A program made the position numbers and the translations under genes. DNA of 29,350 bases from Nostocaceae cyanobacterium (GTDB taxonomy: Bacteria > Cyanobacteriota > Cyanobacteriia > Cyanobacteriales > Nostocaceae). Below the pieces are notes generated by a model that made no database searches, was not told where the DNA came from, and was given only the letters and a program-made list of their open reading frames with translations. This document shows positions 15,083 through 21,268 of this stretch, piece after piece; within the stretch, counting starts at the first letter, position 1, and the number at the start of each line of letters is the position of its first letter. The DNA is taken from contig DATGXB010000239.1 of the NCBI GenBank assembly GCA_035299225.1, positions 1 through 29,350 on the forward strand, read 5' to 3'.

Positions 15083-15181
15083 CTGGACTCGTCTGGACGG
15101 GGTACGGACAAAGTTAACACCCCCAGTAATTTTAGTTTTCCCGGTACTCCTCACTTTGTCGGTCGAGAGAGGGAGTTAGAA

Positions 15182-17488
15182 TTGCTGCATGAAAAATTAC
15201 AGACACCTGGCTCTGTGGCTATTTCCGCAGTCGCGGGGATGGGTGGAGTCGGGAAAACTGAGTTAGCAATCAAATACATTAAACTGCATCAAGACCAATA
15301 TCCAGGGGGGGTGTGTTGGTTTAATGCCAGAGAACAGAGTTTAGGGGTTGAAGTGGTGCAGTTTGCCCAGTTATACATGAATTTGCAAGTCCCGCAGCAG
15401 AACTTCCGAGGAGAACAGTTAAGTTTAACGGAACAGGTGGCTTGGTGTTGGCAACATTGGCAACCACCGCAAGGACTGGTATTAGTAATTTTAGATGATG
15501 TCACCGATCTAGAATATTGTCGAGATTTACTACCCCAAACCAACCGCTTTCGGGTGGTGATGACTACCAGACTACGCCATCTCGACACCAACATTGAGGA
15601 AATACCTCTAAATGTGCTATCTGAGGGAGAAGCATTACAGTTATTGACGGCTTTAGTGGGTGAGAAAGTCCAACGGGAAGCGGAAACAGCGAAAGAGTTG
15701 TGTAATTGGTTGGGATATTTGCCATTAGGTTTAGAATTGGTGGGACGGTATTTAGCCAAGAAACCCCGATGGACATTAGCCAAAATGTTAGAACGGCTAA
15801 AAGCCCAAACAGTAGAAGATGAAGCGCTGAACCCGGAACTGTTCAAGACTTTGAGTACAGCCCAAAGGGGAGTAAAAGCGGCTTTTGAGTTAAGTTGGCT
15901 AGAACTTGCACCCATAACCCAGCGAGTAGGGGAGTTATTGAGCCTGTTTGCTTTAAGTGTCTTTGCTTGGGAGTGGGTAGAAGCAGCGAGTAATTTACTG
16001 AGTTGGGCTGCTGAGGATGTGGAAACAGCCAACGAGCAACTTTATGAGCGCCATTTAATTAATCTTGGGGATGAGATAGGAGAGTATTGGCAAATACATC
16101 CTTTAATTCGGGAGTTTTTCGGGTTAAAGTTGCGGGAAAGAGAACAAGCGCAGGAAGTGAAAAAGGCTTTTGCTGCCGTGTTTGTGGAGATTGCTGAAAC
16201 TATTCCTGAGTCAATAACTCTAGAGGTTGTGAAGTCGGTAGAAAGGGCGATTCCCCATTTAGAAAGAGTGGCGGAAAATTTAATTGATGTTGTGAGTGAT
16301 GATAATTTAATTTGGGTATTTTCAGGTTTAGGTAAATTTTATCAAGGACAAGGATTTTATACGTCGGCAAAAACTTGGCTTGAGCAATTTGTGCCAGTTG
16401 TAGAAAAGCGTTTGGGACATGAACATCTTCATGTTTCTGTAAGTTATAGCAATTTAGCATCACTCTACAGAGATTATGGCAAGTATACGGAAGCTGAACT
16501 GTTCTCAGTTAAGGCATTACAACTAATTGAAAACCTACTAGGAAAAGAGAATCTCATTGCTGCTACCAGTTATAATAATTTAGCAGAAATCTACAAATCT
16601 CAAGGTAAATATAAGGAAGCTGAACCACTTTATATCAAAGCATTACAACTAAGAGAACACCTGCTGGGGCAAAAACATCATCATGTTGCTTTAAGTTACA
16701 ATAATTTGGCGGCGCTTTACGAATCCCAAGGTAAATACAAGGAAGCTGAACCACTTTATATCAAAGCATTACAAATGTTTGAATGCTTGCTAGGACAGAA
16801 ACATCCTGATGTTGCTACTGGTTACAATAATTTAGGACTACTCTATTATTTTCAAGGTAAATACAAAGAAGCTGAACAACTCTGTCTCAAAGCATTGCAA
16901 CTGAGAGAACTTTTATTAGGTCATGAACATCCTGATGTTGCTGACAGTTACGATAATTTAGCAGAACTTTACAAATACCAAGGTAAATACAAAGAAGCTG
17001 AACAATTCTGTTTCAAAGCATTGCAACTGAGAGAACTTTTATTGGGTCAGGAACATCCTAATATTGCTTTAAGTTACAACAATTTGGCATTAATCTACAA
17101 GCTACAAAACAAGTACAAGGAAGCTGAACCACTATATCTCCGAGCATTGCAACTGAAGGAACGCCTACTAGGAAATCAACATCCTGATGTTGCTTTAAGT
17201 TACAACAACTTGGCAGGGCTTTACGAATCTCAAGGCAGGTACAGGGAAGCTGAATCATTTTATCTTCAAGCATTGCAATTAAAGGAAAACTCTCTTGAAC
17301 AAGGACATCCTTCTATTGCTGCTAGTTACAGCAATTTGGCATTTCTCTACTCATTACAAGGCAGGTACACGGAAGCAGAACCACTTTTTGTCAAAGCTTT
17401 AGAAATTGCTGAACGCAGTTTAGGGGTAAATCATCCCAATACAAATGCTGTCCGTAACAATCTCCAACGGGTGCGCGAGATGTTGTAG
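15182..17488 (+). CDS. NB-ARC (AP-ATPase/STAND) NTPase with C-terminal TPR array
   Basis: Motifs present are Walker A GMGGVGKT, Walker B LVLVILDDV, MTTR and the GLPLA-like GYLPLGLELVG. About nine 42-aa TPR units follow (YNNLAxLYxSQGKYKEAEPLYxKALQL). The frame is open upstream to 15083 and there encodes the conserved PHFVGRERELELL, so the TTG at 15182 is not the ancestral start. Confidence 0.85.
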   Translation: MLHEKLQTPGSVAISAVAGMGGVGKTELAIKYIKLHQDQYPGGVCWFNAREQSLGVEVVQFAQLYMNLQVPQQNFRGEQLSLTEQVAWCWQHWQPPQGLVLVILDDVTDLEYCRDLLPQTNRFRVVMTTRLRHLDTNIEEIPLNVLSEGEALQLLTALVGEKVQREAETAKELCNWLGYLPLGLELVGRYLAKKPRWTLAKMLERLKAQTVEDEALNPELFKTLSTAQRGVKAAFELSWLELAPITQRVGELLSLFALSVFAWEWVEAASNLLSWAAEDVETANEQLYERHLINLGDEIGEYWQIHPLIREFFGLKLREREQAQEVKKAFAAVFVEIAETIPESITLEVVKSVERAIPHLERVAENLIDVVSDDNLIWVFSGLGKFYQGQGFYTSAKTWLEQFVPVVEKRLGHEHLHVSVSYSNLASLYRDYGKYTEAELFSVKALQLIENLLGKENLIAATSYNNLAEIYKSQGKYKEAEPLYIKALQLREHLLGQKHHHVALSYNNLAALYESQGKYKEAEPLYIKALQMFECLLGQKHPDVATGYNNLGLLYYFQGKYKEAEQLCLKALQLRELLLGHEHPDVADSYDNLAELYKYQGKYKEAEQFCFKALQLRELLLGQEHPNIALSYNNLALIYKLQNKYKEAEPLYLRALQLKERLLGNQHPDVALSYNNLAGLYESQGRYREAESFYLQALQLKENSLEQGHPSIAASYSNLAFLYSLQGRYTEAEPLFVKALEIAERSLGVNHPNTNAVRNNLQRVREML

Positions 17489-17500
17489 GAATGAGGGGTA

Positions 17501-17537
17501 GAATCAGGATTTACAGGATTTAAGGATTTTCAGGATG
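17501..17537. repeat. CAGGATTT-type short tandem repeat block, copy A
   Basis: The sequence gaatcaggatttacaggatttaaggattttcaggatg begins 12 nt after the NB-ARC/TPR stop. Near-identical blocks occur at 18341-18380 and 19019-19059. Confidence 0.8.
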
Positions 17538-17597
17538 TTGGCTTTACACAACTAGACAAGAGCCGCTACCATAAAGCTAAATACCTATTGTGTACTG

Positions 17598-18014
17598 ATG
17601 TCAGCAAGAGATTTATTTCATCAAGCAGTAAGGATAGCTTTGGAAAAGGAAGGATGGTTAATTACTGATGATCCTTTAGAAATAGAATTAGATGATATTA
17701 CCCTAAAAATTAATTTGGGTGCAGAAAGATTAATTGCTGCGGAAAAGGCTGGAGAAAAAATTGCTGTAGAAATCAAAAGTTTTGCGAGTACCTCAGCAGT
17801 TAGTGAATTTCACACAGCGTTAGGTCAATTTCTCAACTATCAGATTGCATTAGAAGAAAATGAATCAGACCGCACATTATATCTAGCAGTACCAATTGAG
17901 CCTTATCGAGATTTTTTTCAGACTCGATTGGCTAAAATTGCTATACAAAGGCATAAAATAAAATTAATCACATACAATCCATTTACAGAGGTGATTGTAC
18001 AATGGCTGACATAG
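17598..18014 (+). CDS. xisH: XisH family protein
   Basis: The N-terminus MSARDLFHQAVRIALEKEGWLITDDPL...LGAERLIAAEK..KIAVEIKSF is characteristic of XisH. The gene overlaps the following xisI-like gene by 13 nt. Confidence 0.85.
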   Translation: MSARDLFHQAVRIALEKEGWLITDDPLEIELDDITLKINLGAERLIAAEKAGEKIAVEIKSFASTSAVSEFHTALGQFLNYQIALEENESDRTLYLAVPIEPYRDFFQTRLAKIAIQRHKIKLITYNPFTEVIVQWLT

Positions 18015-18337
18015 AATATTATCGCCAATGTATTGAAAGCATTTTAACTGAAAATAGTAGCTATAAACCCAAATATGAAGAGTTAGAAAAAGAATTGATT
18101 TTTGATCGTATACATGACCATTATCTATTAATGCGTGTAGGCTGGAATGGTTCAAACCGGATTTATCATACTGTGATGCACTTTGATATTAAAGACGGTA
18201 AAATCTGGATTCAAGAAAATAGGACTGATACAGATGTAGGTGAAGAGCTTGTAAAGATGGGAATACCAAAGGAGGATATTATCTTGGGTTTGCATCCACC
18301 ATACAAGCGCCCTTACACTGATTATGGTGTAGCGTAA
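18002..18337 (+). CDS. xisI: XisI family protein
   Basis: The sequence YRQCIESILTE...LIFDRIHDHYLLMRVGW...YHTVMHFDIKDGKIWIQENRTD is characteristic of XisI. The gene is paired with xisH. Confidence 0.85.
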   Translation: MADIEYYRQCIESILTENSSYKPKYEELEKELIFDRIHDHYLLMRVGWNGSNRIYHTVMHFDIKDGKIWIQENRTDTDVGEELVKMGIPKEDIILGLHPPYKRPYTDYGVA

Positions 18338-18340
18338 CTG

Positions 18341-18459
18341 TCAGGCTCAGGATTTCCAGGATTTGAGGATTTTCAGGATGCGATCGCAAAACACCCACCG
18401 CAGGCGATCGCAAAACACCCACCACAGGCGATGGCGAAACGCCCGCTTTCAGCGATCGC
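18341..18459. repeat. composite repeat: CAGGATTT block (copy B) followed by 3.3 units of the 24-nt GCGATCGC-N16 mini-repeat
   Basis: The CAGGATTT block occupies 18341-18380. The 24-nt units gcgatcgcaaaacacccaccgcag, gcgatcgcaaaacacccaccacag and gcgatggcgaaacgcccgctttca plus a closing gcgatcgc occupy 18380-18459. Confidence 0.85.
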
Positions 18460-18469
18460 TACTAATTTT

Positions 18470-18763
18470 TTACTCTTCCTCTATAGATTTAATTTGCTGA
18501 GAACCATGAAGCACAGCAATAATATCAATTTGGTCAGTTTTGAGATAATAAATAATGCGGTAAGAGCCTTCAATAACTTCTCGAATTTCCTTACTTTCAA
18601 ATTCTGGAACAATCCGCCCCGATAGAGGAAACTGTGCAATCTGTTCAGAACGATTCGTTAATCTTTCTACCAGTATTTGTGCATACTGGGGAGAATTTTG
18701 AGCAATATAACTGTAAATCGAAGATAAATGATTAACGGCGGTTTCCGTCCAAAATACTTTCAC
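18470..18763 (-). CDS. type II toxin, RelE/ParE superfamily
   Basis: 97 aa of the right size with a matching pattern (FWTETAVNHLSSIYSYIAQNSPQYA...FPLSGRIVPEF...IREVIEGSYRIIYYL..DQIDIIAVLHG). Its GTG start overlaps the stop of the upstream small ORF (GTGA). Confidence 0.7.
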   Translation of the reverse strand: MKVFWTETAVNHLSSIYSYIAQNSPQYAQILVERLTNRSEQIAQFPLSGRIVPEFESKEIREVIEGSYRIIYYLKTDQIDIIAVLHGSQQIKSIEEE

Positions 18764-18948
18764 TTCTCTAATCCAAATTTAGCTTTAACTTCTTCTATAG
18801 AAAAAACTTTCCCTGCTTTACTATCATTTAATCCTGCTTCTATGGCTTGTCTGACATATATTTCATAGATTAAATCATCCCAAGTAAAGTTATCAGGTAA
18901 GTTGTCAATTAATCTTCGTGCTTCTTCTTTCAGATTTTTTGTTTCCAT
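18760..18948 (-). CDS. putative cognate antitoxin
   Basis: A 62-aa ORF from the ATG at 18948 (METKNLKEEARRLIDNLPDNFTWDDLIYEIYVRQAIEAG...). It is translationally coupled to the ParE/RelE-like toxin. The family is not firmly recognised. Confidence 0.5.
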   Translation of the reverse strand: METKNLKEEARRLIDNLPDNFTWDDLIYEIYVRQAIEAGLNDSKAGKVFSIEEVKAKFGLEK

Positions 18949-19018
18949 AAAATGTAATCCTATCAAATCCTTTTAATGATTATAGCGGTTCTAGTAATGA
19001 AATGTCATGCACTAAATT

Positions 19019-19090
19019 GTCAGAATCAGGATTTCCAGGATTTAAGGATTTTCAGGATGCGATGGCGAAACGCCCGCCGTAGGCGATCGC
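19019..19090. repeat. composite repeat: CAGGATTT block (copy C) plus one 24-nt mini-repeat unit
   Basis: The sequence is gtcagaatcaggatttccaggatttaaggattttcaggatg followed by gcgatggcgaaacgcccgccgtaggcgatcgc. Confidence 0.85.
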
Positions 19091-19120
19091 TTGGGGAAAA
19101 TCTCAAAATAAATAAGGGAA

Positions 19121-19232
19121 GCCCTGAAATCAATTTCGGGCTAAAAGCTCAAGTCATCTAAAGATGACTAACAATCTATTTCTAACCCGTTTGAACGGGT
19201 TTTGGCTTTAAGCCGGAAATTTATTTCACGGC
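19121..19232. mobile_element. hairpin-rich MITE-like element (112 nt)
   Basis: The terminal inverted repeats gccctgaaatcaatttcgggct and agccggaaatttatttcacggc match at 19 of 22 positions when reverse-complemented, and each is itself a hairpin. Internal hairpins are agtcatc-taaa-gatgact and aacccg-tttgaa-cgggtt. There is no coding capacity. Confidence 0.55.
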
Positions 19233-19255
19233 GTTTTCGTCGCAATCACAAAAGA

Positions 19256-19310
19256 GCGATCGCACCACACCCACCGCAGGCGATCGCAAAACGCCCGCGT
19301 AGTTAATCGC
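19256..19310. repeat. two units of the 24-nt GCGATCGC-N16 mini-repeat
   Basis: The units are gcgatcgcaccacacccaccgcag and gcgatcgcaaaacgcccgcgtagt, closed by a degenerate taatcgc. Confidence 0.8.
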
Positions 19311-19432
19311 TACTCTCGTAGATTGGGCAACTAGTAGGTTAATTAACGGAATGCCTTCTCAGCATTAATGCAGCTATACTATAAGGTACAATTCTTTTTG
19401 CCTAAACCAATAGCCCCAAGCACTCAACAGAT

Positions 19433-19723
19433 ATGCAAATCACACTCAGTTCACAGCAAAGTCAAGTTCTTGAATCCCTCGTGCAACAGGGTGGATATCA
19501 TTCTATAGATGATGCAATTGATACGGCTCTGGTGCTACTTGCTGAACAGATTAACCAGCAAACTGCGGAGGCTACGCCAGAATATCTAGCTTGGGTGGAA
19601 CAAACACGCCTCAAGATTGAACAAGGCATACAGGCAGCAGAACGAGGTGATGTTGTAGATGCAACTGTGGTGCTGGCTCGATTACGCAGTAAGGTGGAAG
19701 CAAAAAGAAAAGCCTCAGCATGA
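19433..19723 (+). CDS. type II antitoxin, ParD/ribbon-helix-helix-like
   Basis: A 96-aa ORF (MQITLSSQQSQVLESLVQQGGYHSIDDAIDTALVLL...). It overlaps the downstream ParE-like gene by 4 nt (ATGA). Confidence 0.6.
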   Translation: MQITLSSQQSQVLESLVQQGGYHSIDDAIDTALVLLAEQINQQTAEATPEYLAWVEQTRLKIEQGIQAAERGDVVDATVVLARLRSKVEAKRKASA

Positions 19724-20016
19724 AGTCTCTAAGGATTACTCTACCTGCCAGCCAAGATTTAGACGCAATTTCTGAGTATTTTTTAGAACAGAGTGTAGAG
19801 GCAGGCGATCGCTTTGTACAAACATTCAACCAAAAGTGCCAACATCTTGAACTTTTCCCCTATATCGGCAAGTCTTACGCTCATATCAGACCTGGCTTAC
19901 GTGGTCTTTTGCTGATGAATTACATCATTTTTTATCAAGTTGTTGAAGATAATGTCGAAATTCTCCGAGTTGTCAGTGGATATCGGGATTTACGGAGCAT
20001 ATTTACCGATAACTGA
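19720..20016 (+). CDS. type II toxin, ParE family
   Basis: A 98-aa ORF with the pattern A..DL..I..Y....S.....RF.......C..L..FP..G......RPGLR......Y.IFY......VEILRV..G.RDL, which is typical of ParE. Confidence 0.75.
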   Translation: MKSLRITLPASQDLDAISEYFLEQSVEAGDRFVQTFNQKCQHLELFPYIGKSYAHIRPGLRGLLLMNYIIFYQVVEDNVEILRVVSGYRDLRSIFTDN

Positions 20017-20018
20017 GT

Positions 20019-20194
20019 GCGATCGCAAAACGCCCACCGTAGGCGATCGCACCACACCCACCAAAAGCGATCGCACCACACCCACCAAAAGCGATCGCAA
20101 AACACCCACCGCAGGCGATCGCACCACACCCACCAAAAGCGATCGCAAAACACCCACCACAGGCGATCGCAAAACACCCACCAAAAGCGATCGC
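20019..20194. repeat. tandem array of 7 units of a 24-nt repeat (GCGATCGC + 16 nt) plus a closing GCGATCGC
   Basis: Two unit types alternate: gcgatcgcaaaacRcccaccRYag and gcgatcgcaccacacccaccaaaa. The array is 176 nt (7 x 24 + 8) and starts 2 nt after the parE stop. Confidence 0.95.
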
Positions 20195-20241
20195 TTGTTG
20201 ATTTACCAAAAATAAACCGCCTCACACATAAAGCAAAACGG

Positions 20242-20670
20242 TTACTCTAATAAATTATCTGTACCTTGATTTTCTGCTGATAATTCACCATCACTAGCTA
20301 CTTGGTTGTCATACTGGGACAGTCCGAGAATTTCTTGTTCTAATTGTTGAATTTCTCTATAAAATCTCTGTTCAACCTCTTTACTATTTTCAAGTCGCGC
20401 CTCTAGCGTCTGCTGATGAGTGTGCAAGTATGACAAAAACTCATGTTCTAACTGCTTGAGGCGCTCTAGGATTTTCCCAGTATTTGGTTTTGTGTCAATG
20501 ACATTTGTCCTAGAGGTATTTTGCCCTGAACTATCAGCCGGAGCAGATCCGATCTGTTGTAACCCAATGACTTGGCTGTTATGTCGAAGTTCTCCCAGTC
20601 TCTTCGATTGATGCGGACAGACGCTATCATCGAGTCGTCTTCCAGCTTTTTCGGTCTTCCCATCATTCAT
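20242..20670 (-). CDS. ORF whose C-terminal 76 codons encode a coiled-coil segment; the N-terminal half is probably not translated in this frame
   Basis: The C-terminal ILERLKQLEHEFLSYLHTHQQTLEARLENSKEVEQRFYREIQQLEQEILGL is heptad-like. The N-terminal 66 codons overlap the better-looking RHH frame. See the frameshift finding. Confidence 0.4.
   Translation of the reverse strand: MNDGKTEKAGRRLDDSVCPHQSKRLGELRHNSQVIGLQQIGSAPADSSGQNTSRTNVIDTKPNTGKILERLKQLEHEFLSYLHTHQQTLEARLENSKEVEQRFYREIQQLEQEILGLSQYDNQVASDGELSAENQGTDNLLE
20466..20666 (-). CDS. ribbon-helix-helix (CopG/Arc/MetJ-like) DNA-binding protein
   Basis: The sequence MMGRPKKLEDDSMIASVRINRRDWENFDITAKSLGYNRSDLLRLIVQG fits a beta-strand / helix / helix RHH pattern. 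The ORF lies wholly inside the 142-codon ORF in another frame. Confidence 0.5.
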   Translation of the reverse strand: MMGRPKKLEDDSMIASVRINRRDWENFDITAKSLGYNRSDLLRLIVQGKIPLGQMSLTQNQILGKS

Positions 20671-20713
20671 ACCCAGAATAACACCTCCATTTTATTGTAA
20701 GTACGATATTTTT

Positions 20714-20785
20714 TGTTTTACAAAACACTTGACGGTTTTGTACTAACAATATAACATCTTAAATTAGAGTTTTGTCTTACAAAAC
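20714..20785. promoter_or_regulatory. palindromic operator candidates built from GTTTTGT/ACAAAAC half-sites
   Basis: The sites are TGTTTT-ac-AAAACA (20714-20727), the half-site GGTTTTGTA (20734-20742) and GTTTTGT-ctt-ACAAAAC (20769-20785). They lie 45-120 nt upstream of the RHH gene start. Confidence 0.45.
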
Positions 20786-21033
20786 TAATTCCTTCCTTAT
20801 CCCTTGGTGTCGTGTCGGTGAAACACATCAAAATCAGGCGGGAAAGTTTTCATGTAGATGAATAATTTCTGATTCAGTCCGCAGCTTGACCTCCTGCGGG
20901 CTACTTCCTCAACTTATCTCTGCATTTATTTAGCGAATGCAAACAAATTGTAATGCTCAAAAACCAGGGATTTACCAATGTTCAAAACATCAATGTTCAA
21001 AACCCACAATTTAGAAAAAACAGGAGTTAAGCC

Positions 21034-21258
21034 ATGTTGCAAGAAATCCTATTAACTCCTGAACAAATAAATCAACTGATTCAGTTTATCAAAGATGGTA
21101 AATATTCTTATGCTTGCGTTTTACTGTTGCGCTTTTTCGGAGAAAACCCACTGCACTATATCCCCCAGCGCACCTACAGCCGATTGATGAAAGAAAATCA
21201 ACCAGATTCAGGTGTCACCGCTTCAAATACATCTAAAAGTATGTCTTTCAAGAGGTAA
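21034..21258 (+). CDS. HetP-family-like small protein
   Basis: An AGGAG lies 7 nt before the ATG. The core GKYSYACVLLLRFFGENPLHYIPQRTYSRLMKEN matches my recollection of the conserved N-terminal domain of Anabaena HetP and its short homologues. This was not verified by search. Confidence 0.55.
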   Translation: MLQEILLTPEQINQLIQFIKDGKYSYACVLLLRFFGENPLHYIPQRTYSRLMKENQPDSGVTASNTSKSMSFKR

Positions 21259-21268
21259 TTACGAAATT

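Larger units (their letters stand above)
14684..17488 (+). pseudogene. single 934-codon NLR-like frame interrupted once by TGA (15080-15082): pseudogene, split gene or read-through gene
   Basis: 14684 and 15182 are in the same frame. The 33 codons at 15083-15181 have no stop and no ATG. See findings. Confidence 0.45.

Noticed and set aside
15289-16032. 247-codon antisense ORF inside the NB-ARC region.
   Set aside because: It lies opposite a CDS with clear Walker A/B, TTR and GLPL motifs. Its product is Ser/Ala-rich, low-complexity and has no recognisable motif. This is a typical antisense shadow ORF. The same reasoning applies to 12586-12906, 21950-22273, 22322-22558, 23249-23518, 2567-2812 and 16200-16463.
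17598-18337. Presence of a developmentally excised fdxN-type element, because xisH and xisI are present.
   Set aside because: No large serine or tyrosine recombinase (xisF/xisA-like), no interrupted nif or fdxN gene and no obvious element borders occur in the window. XisH/XisI pairs are common outside excision elements.
20019-20194. Possible CRISPR array, given regularly spaced GCGATCGC repeats.
   Set aside because: The period is only 24 nt. The constant part is the 8-nt HIP1 octamer and the 16-nt 'spacers' are near-identical to each other. No cas genes or leader are present. It is a tandem mini-repeat, not CRISPR.
19935-20250. Five overlapping ORFs (60-96 aa) on both strands with repetitive peptides such as KSDRTTPT, FWWVWCDR and HQKRSH.
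   Set aside because: They are translations of the 24-nt tandem array, which is open in all frames. They have no independent start context and a purely repetitive composition.
20790-21033. HetR- or NtcA-type binding sites upstream of the HetP-like gene.
   Set aside because: I saw no GTA-N8-TAC with a proper -10 box and no long HetR-like palindrome. Only the 13-nt tandem repeat is present, and that is reported separately.
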